Positions 33,910 through 43,709 of a stretch of DNA of 64,000 nucleotides are shown here, in pieces (positions within the stretch are counted from its first letter, which is position 1; each line of letters starts with the position of its first letter). Below the pieces are notes generated by a model. That model had not been told where the DNA came from. It worked only from the letters and a program-made list of their open reading frames with translations, and did no database searches. Position numbers and translations under genes: made by a program. Source of the stretch: Patescibacteria group bacterium (lineage in GTDB: Bacteria; Patescibacteriota; Minisyncoccia; JAHIHE01; JAGLIN01); contig JARGGI010000001.1 in assembly GCA_029210775.1 (NCBI GenBank), positions 16,493-80,492 on the forward strand, given 5' to 3'.

Positions 33910-34461
33910 ATGGAAAATGAAAATTTAGAAAAAGATGAAAATTTACGAGAAGATTTGACACAAGAAAACGAAACAATTACAAAAAACGAAGAAGTAAAGA
34001 TCGAAGAAAAATCTGAAGGTATGAAAAAAATTCAGAAAAATAAAATGACACCGAAAAAGATTTTGAAAATCGCTGCCCTTTTTATAGCATTCTTTCTGGT
34101 CTGGTTTACAGTTGTGCAATATATCACTGCTGATAAATATGAAGCGGTAGTCAAAGTTATAGAAGAAGGAGGAAAAGTTGGAGTGAATCCAATGACAGAG
34201 CGACTTGATTATGGAGATTTACCAAAAGGAAATGCATCAACAAGATTTATTACAATTGAAAATAGTGGGAGTATGGATATTTTCGTTGTAGTTGTAAAAT
34301 ATGGTGGAATCGCTGAACTAATAAAGATTAACGAAAATAATTTTGTTCTTTCATCGGGAGACAAAAAAAAGCTTGAATTGACACTTAATATGCCGATCAG
34401 TGCGAATAAGAAAGGATATGAAGGAAAAATTGTAATATTTAAACTACCGAAATTGTTTTAA
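33910..34461 (+). CDS. Single-TM protein with extracellular Ig-like domain
   Basis: One TM helix; LDYGDLPKG...RFITIEN resembles the IDFGTVFP motif; ORF open from 33853. Confidence 0.7.
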   Translation: MENENLEKDENLREDLTQENETITKNEEVKIEEKSEGMKKIQKNKMTPKKILKIAALFIAFFLVWFTVVQYITADKYEAVVKVIEEGGKVGVNPMTERLDYGDLPKGNASTRFITIENSGSMDIFVVVVKYGGIAELIKINENNFVLSSGDKKKLELTLNMPISANKKGYEGKIVIFKLPKLF

Positions 34462-34468
34462 ATCCTAA

Positions 34469-34579
34469 TGTTGTTCTAAATTTATTTCTGAATCTATTGA
34501 GTAGTAGAGTTTGTCTATGGTTTATTTCACAATAACAGATGTAATAGTTAGAAGATCCTGAACTAAATTCAGAATGACG
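34469..34579. repeat. GTCATTCTGAA-type palindromic element
   Basis: tgttgttctaaatttatttctgaatc...gatcctgaactaaattcagaatgac. Confidence 0.6.
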
Positions 34580-34595
34580 ATATAAAACGAAAAAA

Positions 34596-35021
34596 ATGAA
34601 CAAAAAAAAGAAATCAATAATTGAATTTATTATATATTTAGTCTTTGTTGGCGCAGTTGCAATTGGAACGCCGAAAGCCTTAGTTTATGCTCTTGGAACT
34701 GACTATCCGATTGCATCCATAACTTCCGGTTCAATGTGGCCAGAATTGAAAAAAAATGATTTGGTACTCATTAAATATGCTGAAAAAAAAAGTCTTGCAA
34801 AAGGAGATATAGTGGTTTTTAAAAATGAAAGAGGTTTTACAATTCATAGAATAGTTGAATTAAACGAAGACACAATTACGACAAAAGGGGATGCAAATAA
34901 TGTTTCTGATTCTCCTGTTGAGTATGAAAAAATTATCGGTAAGACTGTTAATTGGAATAATAAGCCAGTTAGAATTCCATATTTAGGCAGACTGACAATT
35001 TGGGCTTCAAATCGACGATAA
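34596..35021 (+). CDS. sipW: Signal peptidase I, SipW/ER-type (S26B)
   Basis: SGSMWP (Ser), GDIVVF, TIHRI (His), TKGDAN...D. Confidence 0.85.
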   Translation: MNKKKKSIIEFIIYLVFVGAVAIGTPKALVYALGTDYPIASITSGSMWPELKKNDLVLIKYAEKKSLAKGDIVVFKNERGFTIHRIVELNEDTITTKGDANNVSDSPVEYEKIIGKTVNWNNKPVRIPYLGRLTIWASNRR

Positions 35022-35108
35022 AGCTATATAATTAAAAACTGTATGTATAATTTCTCAATTCATTTTATTCGTTTGATGAATAATATTCATTAGATATAAT
35101 CAAAAAGT

Positions 35109-36539
35109 ATGATCGGAAATTTTAAAAAAATTAGGTTTAAGAGAAGACTTAGAAAACTTCGTTTTATAATTTTTACTTTTTTAAAAAACACTTTAGTGTT
35201 AACCAGCATTGCAGGATTTGTTGTGGCAAGTGTGCCAATATTCAGCGCCTATGAGGCTCATGTCATCAATGTCACAGCCAAAATTGAAAACGATATTCCT
35301 ACCATTGATCCTCCAGGTGGTTATTTCTGTAACGACGGTAGTTTGACAATGAAATTATTCACTTCAATAGTTGGAGCAAATATTATATATACAACTGATG
35401 GAACGAACCCAGACTGTTTTGCACCGAATGGCATAATATACTCAGCGCCATTTCCTTTAACATATAGTGCAACGGTTAAAGCCAGAGCATGTCATGATGA
35501 CAATCAGAGCGTTACTGTGAATAAATATTTTGATGTTTCTTCACAATATTGTGAGGAAAAGAAATATTGTGATGCTCGTTCAATTGGCTATTGGCAAAAT
35601 CATGAAGGTTGTCCAGCGAGCAGTAATTGGTCTGCTGAAATTAATGCTTTATCTTTGGGTGAATTATCAGGAGCATTTGGAACAATTTCAGGATCAGATA
35701 TTTGTTTCTATTTGTCTCCAAAAAATTGTCCTGCTGCAAAAACAATTGAAGGAAAACTTTGTCAAGCAAAAGGAAAAACTCTTGCAAATTTATCAAATAT
35801 TGGATCAAATCATTTAGATCTAAACGCTCTGATTGCAGGATCTGATGATGGAAATAAAGCATTTGATAATTTGGGTTTAAATTCATCTTCAACGGTTAGA
35901 GAAGCTTTGTTTAAAATTGAAAAAATCATCATAGATGTGTCTGCAACAAAAAGAGAATTGACTGATGCAGCATATGTTGCTGAAAGAATTTATGCTTTTT
36001 ATGAAGAAGAAAATGAAAATACACCATGGTGTTTTTATGGAGAAGTTGAGCTTAATCTTCTCACAATTCCTCTTGTCAAAGAACTACCCGCATCTGTGTG
36101 TGGAAATGGAAATTTAGATATTGATATTGGTGAAACTTGTGATGATGGAAACACAATTAGTGAAGATGGTTGCTCTGAAATTTGCCAGATTGAAACACCG
36201 ATTGAAGAATCAAAAGATGAAAAGCCCCCAGAAGCAGAGCTCCCAATTGTTGAGGAAGAACTGATTTCAGAAATTCCAGATGAAGATCCAATTACAGAAG
36301 AATCTCTAATTCAACAATCTGTTGAAGATCCTGTCGTTGAAGAATCTTTTACAGAACCACCTCTAACTGAAGAAACTGACAAAATAGACCCTACTAATGA
36401 AGATTTCACATCAGAACCTCAACAAGAAGATCTTTCTGTTGAAAAGCCGATACAAGAAGATATTTCTACTGAAAAACCCGGCCCTAACGACTCTTCGGTT
36501 GAGTATTCAGAATTGCTGACACCGTCTATAATCTATTAA
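35109..36539 (+). CDS. SipW-type signal protein with FN3-associated/chitobiase C-terminal-like domain, myxobacterial Cys repeat and acidic Pro-rich tail
   Basis: FSAY-EAHVINVTAKIEN; IIYTTDGTNP...TVKARA; CGNG...GETCDDGN...GCSEICQIE. Confidence 0.75.
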   Translation: MIGNFKKIRFKRRLRKLRFIIFTFLKNTLVLTSIAGFVVASVPIFSAYEAHVINVTAKIENDIPTIDPPGGYFCNDGSLTMKLFTSIVGANIIYTTDGTNPDCFAPNGIIYSAPFPLTYSATVKARACHDDNQSVTVNKYFDVSSQYCEEKKYCDARSIGYWQNHEGCPASSNWSAEINALSLGELSGAFGTISGSDICFYLSPKNCPAAKTIEGKLCQAKGKTLANLSNIGSNHLDLNALIAGSDDGNKAFDNLGLNSSSTVREALFKIEKIIIDVSATKRELTDAAYVAERIYAFYEEENENTPWCFYGEVELNLLTIPLVKELPASVCGNGNLDIDIGETCDDGNTISEDGCSEICQIETPIEESKDEKPPEAELPIVEEELISEIPDEDPITEESLIQQSVEDPVVEESFTEPPLTEETDKIDPTNEDFTSEPQQEDLSVEKPIQEDISTEKPGPNDSSVEYSELLTPSIIY

Positions 36540-36550
36540 CAAATAAACAA

Positions 36551-36643
36551 TGTCATTTCAGAATTTATTCCAAAGCAACAGCTTTTGAATAGAAATCTGA
36601 GATAGAGCTTACCTTGTTTTATTAAAACTTTTCTGGAATGACA
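36551..36643. repeat. Degenerate GTCAT...ATGAC palindromic element
   Basis: tgtcatttcagaa...ttctggaatgaca. Confidence 0.5.
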
Positions 36644-36685
36644 ACAACAGTGACAATTAATAGAATCTAAGCATTGATTAAATAT

Positions 36686-37879
36686 ATGAAATTCAATTTG
36701 AAAAAACTTAAAACGATTGTCACAGTTTCATCGCTTCTGTTTATAAGCGTGTTATTTACTGTGTTTTTTCAAAATAATGTTTCAAAAGCAAATTCAATTT
36801 TAAGTCCTATAATTGTGAATTTATTAAATCTTGAATTTAGCGTAGTATTTCCTGGGGAACAATTACATCAAAACTTTCTTGTTTCCTATTCTGGAGATGG
36901 AAGCGGAATTTATACTATCACTGAGAAATATAAACCTTTACCAACAGCTGAAGTTCCAGTCGGATATGTCGGAAGTATAAGTGATTATTGTCAAGAAAAT
37001 TATGAAGATTATACAAGATGCTATAAAACTCTTTGTCCTTATATGACTGAATATAGTGAAGAAGGAGAGGGAGATCTTATAAATTCAGCATCTGTTGGAC
37101 CAAATGATTCATCTGATGATTGGGTTGTTGCCTTGAGCGTGCCAGCGATTATGGGAAATGTTGCGCAAGATCATACTGGCGGAATCATTACTGAAAACGG
37201 AGCTTATGGATGCGATCTTTCATTTGATGTTGAACGAATATGTGAAAACAAGCCTGTTGATATAGTTTTGATTATGGACAGATCCGTGAGCATGGGTCCC
37301 ACATATGACAACCCTTCAAGATTGTCTCAAGCGAAAACCGCTGCCAATTCATTTTTAGGAAATTTAGGAAGTAATGACCAGTCAGCTTTGGTATCCTATG
37401 CAGGTAGTGCGTCTTTAGATAAGGGATTATCTGCAATTCATATTACCGATCCAGCATCAACTGAAACTGCAGTAAACGCTCTTTCGGCCTCTGGAAGCAC
37501 AAATATTGGTGATGCAATTGCAAAAGGAACCGCAGAATTTAGTTTAGGTAGAGAAAATAATCAAGCCGTAAAAGTAATGATTCTTCTCACGGACGGTAAA
37601 CCAACTTGTCCTGTTATTCATGAGGGATATTCTCAATGTGGATATGTACAAGATCCAGGAGATGTTGATCATGCAGAAAATATGGCGATATTGGTAAAAC
37701 AAGCTGGAATTAAAGTCTTCACAATCGGACTTGGCGATAACGAGAAAATAAACGAAGATATGCTTCAAAATATCGCATCATTGAAAAGTGATGGAGTAAC
37801 TCCTGAATATTATTATGCCCCAAACGGAAGTGATTTGGAAGGGATTTATGATGAGATTTCAGGGGAACTTTGTCAATAG
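36686..37879 (+). CDS. Secreted vWA protein, paralogue of 32000
   Basis: LEFSVVFPGEQL, LCPY, W..LSVP, AQD and GCDL shared with 32000; vWA DRSVS, TNIGDA, LTDG; ORF open from 36674. Confidence 0.8.
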   Translation: MKFNLKKLKTIVTVSSLLFISVLFTVFFQNNVSKANSILSPIIVNLLNLEFSVVFPGEQLHQNFLVSYSGDGSGIYTITEKYKPLPTAEVPVGYVGSISDYCQENYEDYTRCYKTLCPYMTEYSEEGEGDLINSASVGPNDSSDDWVVALSVPAIMGNVAQDHTGGIITENGAYGCDLSFDVERICENKPVDIVLIMDRSVSMGPTYDNPSRLSQAKTAANSFLGNLGSNDQSALVSYAGSASLDKGLSAIHITDPASTETAVNALSASGSTNIGDAIAKGTAEFSLGRENNQAVKVMILLTDGKPTCPVIHEGYSQCGYVQDPGDVDHAENMAILVKQAGIKVFTIGLGDNEKINEDMLQNIASLKSDGVTPEYYYAPNGSDLEGIYDEISGELCQ

Positions 37880-38314
37880 TTATGAGCTTAAAGTAAGCGC
37901 CTTAATTAGAATATAATTTCCAATTAAAGCGTTTGCTCTAATCGGCAAACAAGAGGGAAGCCGTAGCGAATGACACCAGTCCTAATACGACTTCTCTCAA
38001 ACTACTTGAAAAAATATAAATAAAAATACAAAAAATACAAAAAAAAATTACCCAACTTATAAAAATACATAAAAAAAGAAACACAAAATATAACAAAAAA
38101 AACAAAAAAAGATTAACATAAATATAAAAAAGCGAAAAACAAAAAAGTCAAAAACACACAAAAATAACACTCAAGAAAAACGCGCGAAATAAAAGAAAAA
38201 CGCACAAACAAAGCCTATATAAACAATGTTTTTTAAAAAATACAATGATTTAGGTGGTTTTTGATTTGGTCTATTTACACATTTAAAACAGTGTAAAGTG
38301 TCATTCTTTTATAA

Positions 38315-38423
38315 TGTCATTCTGAATTTATTTCAGAATCAATCGTCCCTTACACTTTGTTCTCAAGATAAATCACAGACAAACCAATAATCTAAAAGAT
38401 CCTGAAACAAGTTCAGGATGACA
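38315..38423. repeat. GTCATTCTGAATTTATTTCAGAATC / GATCCTGAAACAAGTTCAGGATGAC element
   Basis: Both arms intact. Confidence 0.75.
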
Positions 38424-38474
38424 CTTAAAAACAATAAAATTATTTTTATATATATTATTAATTAATTTACACTT

Positions 38475-41273
38475 ATGAAGAAAATTAGCAAACAACCAAA
38501 AAATGGCACTCAAAAGAAAATAGCTTCATTTGGTATAATTTCCTTGTTGTTAAATGTTGTTATGACAAGTGTGTTACTTGCGCCTTCAGAAGATGTTCTC
38601 GGACAAGGAGTTGAACAAGTATGTGAAAACAAGCCTGACTCATATGTTTCAGAAGATGATGATGAATATAAAGGCAATGTTTTGATAAACGAATTGATGT
38701 GGATGGGAACTTCAGTTTCTACGGCAGATGAATGGATTGAATTAAGAAATATGACACCAATTGAAATTAATTTCAATAATACTCCTTGGTCAATATATAA
38801 AAATGATTCACGTATGCTTGTAATTAGCAGCGGAATACTTAAAGGGTGTGGTTATTTTCTTGTTTCTAACAATAGTGAAAATCATAAGTTTACTAACGGA
38901 GAATCTGTCCTAAATATCACTCCTGATTTCATCGACAAATCAGTTTCTCTTTCTGATTCTTCGGTTCAATATAAACTTTATGATACGGAAAATAGCGAAG
39001 GAAATCTTATTGATACAGCTGATGATGGTTCAGGCAAAGTTTTAGCTGGAGAATACACACCTGAAAACAATTGGAAATCAATGTCAAGAAGAACTGCCCA
39101 AGACGGAACTTTAGCAGAAAATTGGTGCACCGCTCAAACCAGAGTAAATTGGGACGCTAAAACCCCAGAATTTGGAACACCAGGCGCTGAGAATATCTGT
39201 AACAGAATTTCCGGTTACAAATTTAACGATGTAAATGGTAATGGCACTTGGGATAAAAACGAGTCTGATTCTGAACCTGGTCTTAACGAATGGATAATAA
39301 ATCTTTATGGTAATTTAATTACCATTACATCGACAGTAACTGATGTCTTGGGATATTATGAATTCAAAAATTTGTTAGCAGGAACATATTTCGTCAAAGA
39401 AGAAATTAAAAATAAATGGCAACAAACAACTCCAGTAGATCCAGATTATTTTGAAATTGATTTGACAGATAATCCAATATCTGACGATATAAACTTTGGA
39501 AATCAGTTAATATCAGTTTGTGGAAATAAAACAATTGAAGATGGAGAAATGTGTGACGATGGAAATATAGAAAGTGGAGACGGATGTTCCAGTGAATGTC
39601 AAATTGAAAATACAGCTTCAATTTCTGGATGTAAATATGATGATGAGAACAATAATTCAAAAGTTGATGAAAAAGAAGGAAAGTTAAGCGGTTGGGAAGT
39701 TCAACTGATTGGCTGTCCATATTCTTCAGAAGGAGATTTCCTACCAAAAACTAGTATAAATGAAAATCCACAAGAAGGCGAAGTCGGATATTGCTCGGTA
39801 ATCAAAACTACAACCACCACTACTGACGGTTGCTATAGTTTTGAAGGTCTTTCCGCTGGAGATTATGGAGTTAATGAAGTAGATCAAGAAAACTGGACAC
39901 AGACTTTTCCAACAAATGGAATGTTCTATTCTTTTAATCTGACAGATGGTGAGGCAAAGACAGATGTTGACTTTTTGAACCACGAAGAGACTACACCTCC
40001 TGAATGTTCAGGAGAAGAAACACAAAATTGTTATGGTGGTCCTGGAGGAACGGCAGGTGTTGGGATTTGCCAAGCAGGTATCCAAACTTGTGTTGATGGC
40101 AATTGGAGTCAATGCAGTGGTCAAGTTACTCCTCGAAGTGAAATTTGTGGAAATGGTATTGACGAGGATTGTAATGGTTCTGATGCAGGCTGTGGAGGTT
40201 CTGGTCCAATTCCGAAACCAACAATCATAATCACGAATGAAAAAGTTTCCTATCTTGGAAGTGGAAGCGCATTAGTAACATGGACAACTAATATTGAAAC
40301 AACCAGGCAAGTTGCCTATGGCGATAATTCAATCACCCTTCTTGGCGCTGTTCCAAAATATGGATATGACTCAGTTAATGAGGAGTCAGATAATATGACA
40401 AAAAATCACAGCGTCACAATTGATGAACTGACCGATGGAATTCCATACTATTTTAGACCAATTGCTGATCGACCTGGATCAACGGGGGAAAAGGTTGGAA
40501 TTGAAGTTTATTATCAACCCGGAGAAGTGAAAGGAGTAACCGACCCAGTTGTGCCAGAAGTTGAAGAATGTAATTATCTTTTTGAATATATCAAGTTTGG
40601 AAAAGATAATAATCCTGTTGAAGTTCAAAAACTTGAATCATTCTTGAATATATTTGAAAGTGAAAGTCTTGCTATAAACGGGATCTATGAACAAGTTGAT
40701 TTTGATGCTGTTTCAAGATTTCAGGAAAAATATTTTGAAAAAGTTCTTTCTCCTTGGAACCATGACAGCGCAACGGGATATGTCTATATCACAACAAAAA
40801 AAAGAATTAATGAAATTTATTGTGAAAGAGAATTTCCTTTAACAAAAGAACAAGCGGAAGAAGTTGCGCGATATGACACACTATTTGGCATAAGAGCACC
40901 AAGCGCTGAACAGCCAGCAGAGAGCTTTGATATAGAAACTGGTGCGGGTGCGACTACTACTACTCCAGAAAGTGGAATTGAGAGCACAGAAGGCGAAAAT
41001 GAAGGCACTGAAGGCCCACAGATTGAACTTGGGAACGAAAAGGAAAGCGGAGAAGTGGCTGGAACAACTGATGAAGTAAATGCAGATAATGGTGAAGGCG
41101 AGGTCGAAGAAATCAACAGTGAAACTGAGGAAGAAGTTGTTTATGCTGATAGTGGATATTCAAATTTATATTTCTGGATACCAGTTATATTACTACTTAT
41201 AATTATTGCTATTATTTATTATGTTACAAAGATGAAAAAAGGTGGCAATGATGCAGGATCGTCAACAGAATAA
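38475..41273 (+). CDS. Large modular surface protein (lamin-tail-like, 2x SdrD-B-like, Cys repeats, FN3-like, acidic stalk, C-terminal TM anchor)
   Basis: INELMWMG..DEWIELRN..GTPGAEN; ISGYKFNDVNGNG; CGN..EMCDDGN; EICGNGIDEDCNG; VTWTTN; hydrophobic C-terminus followed by KMKK. Confidence 0.85.
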   Translation: MKKISKQPKNGTQKKIASFGIISLLLNVVMTSVLLAPSEDVLGQGVEQVCENKPDSYVSEDDDEYKGNVLINELMWMGTSVSTADEWIELRNMTPIEINFNNTPWSIYKNDSRMLVISSGILKGCGYFLVSNNSENHKFTNGESVLNITPDFIDKSVSLSDSSVQYKLYDTENSEGNLIDTADDGSGKVLAGEYTPENNWKSMSRRTAQDGTLAENWCTAQTRVNWDAKTPEFGTPGAENICNRISGYKFNDVNGNGTWDKNESDSEPGLNEWIINLYGNLITITSTVTDVLGYYEFKNLLAGTYFVKEEIKNKWQQTTPVDPDYFEIDLTDNPISDDINFGNQLISVCGNKTIEDGEMCDDGNIESGDGCSSECQIENTASISGCKYDDENNNSKVDEKEGKLSGWEVQLIGCPYSSEGDFLPKTSINENPQEGEVGYCSVIKTTTTTTDGCYSFEGLSAGDYGVNEVDQENWTQTFPTNGMFYSFNLTDGEAKTDVDFLNHEETTPPECSGEETQNCYGGPGGTAGVGICQAGIQTCVDGNWSQCSGQVTPRSEICGNGIDEDCNGSDAGCGGSGPIPKPTIIITNEKVSYLGSGSALVTWTTNIETTRQVAYGDNSITLLGAVPKYGYDSVNEESDNMTKNHSVTIDELTDGIPYYFRPIADRPGSTGEKVGIEVYYQPGEVKGVTDPVVPEVEECNYLFEYIKFGKDNNPVEVQKLESFLNIFESESLAINGIYEQVDFDAVSRFQEKYFEKVLSPWNHDSATGYVYITTKKRINEIYCEREFPLTKEQAEEVARYDTLFGIRAPSAEQPAESFDIETGAGATTTTPESGIESTEGENEGTEGPQIELGNEKESGEVAGTTDEVNADNGEGEVEEINSETEEEVVYADSGYSNLYFWIPVILLLIIIAIIYYVTKMKKGGNDAGSSTE

Positions 41274-41290
41274 AATAGTTATATATTTGC

Positions 41291-41319
41291 AAAAACCCGG
41301 TTGACTTGATCGGGTTTTT
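41291..41319 (+). terminator. Intrinsic terminator
   Basis: aaaaacccggtt-gactt-gatcgggttttt. Confidence 0.7.
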
Positions 41320-41348
41320 GTATTTGTTTTCTTGCGATGACATAGGTT

Positions 41349-41696
41349 TGTCTTTGCGAGGAGGAACTCGGGATTGCCACACTTCGCTCGCAAAGACAGA
41401 TAAAAAAACTATACGAAATTAAATTTGGGATTGCCGCTCTTCGCTCGCAATGACAGAGGAATAACATTGTCATTACGTGGAGGAACTCGGGATTGCCACG
41501 CTTCGCTCGCAAAGACAGAGGAATAACATTGTCATTGCGAGGAGGAACGACGAAGCAATCTTGAGTCTAAATTCACGATACGATATATTACAGTTTTTTG
41601 AATTTAAATTTGGGATTGCCACACTTTGTTCACAAAGACAGATAAAAAAACTATACGAAATTAAATTTGGGATTGCCACACTTTCCTCGCAATGGC
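41349..41696. repeat. Second array of GTCATTGCGAG-family palindromic elements, inverted relative to 33455
   Basis: Repeated gggattgccac..ttcgctcgcaa(a/t)gaca; spacer is the reverse complement of 33661-33689. Confidence 0.9.
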
Positions 41697-41821
41697 AAGA
41701 GCAACGGTCAAAATAACAAAAAAAGGGAAATAATATTCTAAACGATATTTCTTTTTAAAAAAATTAACAAAAACGGAAAAATAGAGTAAAATTAAATTAG
41801 ATTAATTTAAATCTTTTAAAT

Positions 41822-42382
41822 ATGAAATTAAAAAACATTGAGAATCCAACAAGACTGATATATCATAACCCAGTTTCACTTGTCACTTCAAATCACAAAG
41901 AAATAAAAAATGTTTTTACAGTCTCGTGGCTTTGTAGTGTTTCAAATCATCCACCGATGGTGATGATTAGCGTTGATAAAAAAAGATTTTCTTTCAATCT
42001 AATCAAACAAAGCGGTAAATTTGTGATAAACATTCCCAATATAAAGATGATTAAAGATGTCATATATTGCGGAAATGTTTCAAGAAAAAATAAAGATAAA
42101 TTTGAAGAGAGAAATTTAATGTATTCTGTTTCTGACAAAGGAGGGATTATTCTTAATGATACAATTGCTTATGTTGAATGTGAAGTGAAAAATGAATTTG
42201 ATGTTGGTGATCACATTTTGTTTATCGGAGAAATTATAACCTCAGGAGCTGAAGAAGAAGCCTATTCCAATGGCAGTTGGAATTTGAAAAATGAAAATGC
42301 AAAAACATTACATTTTTTAGGTGAGAATGGAAGATATATAACAATTGATGAAATTAATTTTAAAAAAAATAATAATTTTTAA
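41822..42382 (+). CDS. Flavin reductase-like (DIM6/NTAB) protein
   Basis: PVSLVTS, PPMVMISV, FVINIP, ECEV, VGDHILFIGEI. Confidence 0.88.
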   Translation: MKLKNIENPTRLIYHNPVSLVTSNHKEIKNVFTVSWLCSVSNHPPMVMISVDKKRFSFNLIKQSGKFVINIPNIKMIKDVIYCGNVSRKNKDKFEERNLMYSVSDKGGIILNDTIAYVECEVKNEFDVGDHILFIGEIITSGAEEEAYSNGSWNLKNENAKTLHFLGENGRYITIDEINFKKNNNF

Positions 42383-42401
42383 CTATAAAATGCAATAAGA
42401 A

Positions 42402-42510
42402 TGTCATTTTGAGCTTGCCCGTCCTGTTAGGCAGGCTTGTTGAAAAATGGTAAGCATGCTAAATTTATTATTGTTAACCAATCCAGTCTGCTGTCAGGCT
42501 GGCTTCACTA
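42402..42510. repeat. Nested, degenerate palindromic elements
   Basis: tgtcattttgagcttg arm interrupted by a cctg...ggcagg hairpin; further hairpin cagtctgctgtcaggctg. Confidence 0.4.
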
Positions 42511-42551
42511 AACAAACTTTCTGTTTTGTAATTCAAAATTAAATAAATTTT

Positions 42552-43694
42552 ATGAATTGTAAAAGATCATTATATTTACATAAAAAATCTGGTGGAAAAT
42601 TAGAAATTAAAAGTAAATTTGAAATTAAAAGTAAAGAAGATTTAAGCATGGCCTATACTCCTTGTGTTGCTGAAATTTCTTCCCTAATTGCAAAAGACAA
42701 AAAACTTGCAAGTGACTACACAATCAAGAAAAATACTATTGCAGTTGTTTCAGATGGAAGCGCTGTTTTGGGTTTGGGTGATATAGGTGCAGAAGCTGCA
42801 ATCCCCGTTATGGAAGGTAAAGCGATTTTATTTAAAGAGCTTGCAAATGTTGATGCTTTTCCGATTTGTCTTGCAACACAAGATCCAGAAGAAATCATTC
42901 AAACCGTAAAAAACATCGCTCCAGTTTTTGGCGGAATTAATCTTGAAGATATTTCTGCTCCAAAATGTTTTTATATTGAAAAACAATTGCAAAACATTGG
43001 CATTCCCGTTATGCATGATGATCAACACGGAACAGCAATTGTTGTCATCGCTGCTCTCCTCAATTCCGCAAAAATAATAAAAAAAGACTTGTGTTCTATG
43101 AAAATTGTCATCGTTGGGGCTGGAGCTGCTGGAACTGCTATAACTAAAATGATTGCTCTTGAATTAAATCCAAAGGATATTCTTGTGTGTGATAGTAAAG
43201 GAATAATAAGCAAAGAGAGAAAGGATCTAAATCCGATGAAAAAAAAGCTTCTTGAAATCACTAACAAAAATAATACTAAAGGAAAAATTGAAGATGCTCT
43301 TTTGGATGCGGATGTTTTTATTGGTGTTTCAAAAGGTGGCCTAATAAATACTCAAATGATCAAAACAATGAATTCTGATGCAATTATTTTTGCAATGGCA
43401 AATCCAATTCCAGAAATTATGCCAGATGAAGCAAAAAGAGGAGGAGCGTCCATAGTTGGAACAGGGAGAAGTGATTTTCCAAATCAGATTAATAATGTTT
43501 TAGCCTTTCCGGGAATTTTTCGAGGACTTCTTGATAGTAAAGCAACAAAAGTAACAGACGAAATCAAAATTGAAGCCGCAAGAGCGATCGCAAATTGTGT
43601 CTTAAATCCAACAGTCAATAACATTCTTCCAAATCCACTTGATAAAAAAGTGTCAAAAGCTATAGCCAAAAGCATAAAACATTTACGAAAATAA
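42552..43694 (+). CDS. NAD(P)-dependent malic enzyme
   Basis: AYTP, SDGSAVLGLG, VMEGKA, NLEDI, HDDQHGTA, GAGAAG, QINNVLAFPG. Confidence 0.95.
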   Translation: MNCKRSLYLHKKSGGKLEIKSKFEIKSKEDLSMAYTPCVAEISSLIAKDKKLASDYTIKKNTIAVVSDGSAVLGLGDIGAEAAIPVMEGKAILFKELANVDAFPICLATQDPEEIIQTVKNIAPVFGGINLEDISAPKCFYIEKQLQNIGIPVMHDDQHGTAIVVIAALLNSAKIIKKDLCSMKIVIVGAGAAGTAITKMIALELNPKDILVCDSKGIISKERKDLNPMKKKLLEITNKNNTKGKIEDALLDADVFIGVSKGGLINTQMIKTMNSDAIIFAMANPIPEIMPDEAKRGGASIVGTGRSDFPNQINNVLAFPGIFRGLLDSKATKVTDEIKIEAARAIANCVLNPTVNNILPNPLDKKVSKAIAKSIKHLRK

Positions 43695-43709
43695 AATATA
43701 TATATATAT

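Noticed and set aside
37930-38000. c-di-GMP-I riboswitch upstream of the adhesin
   Set aside because: GGCAAAC is present, but the GNRA-capped P2, the GCAAAG junction and the P3 receptor are missing
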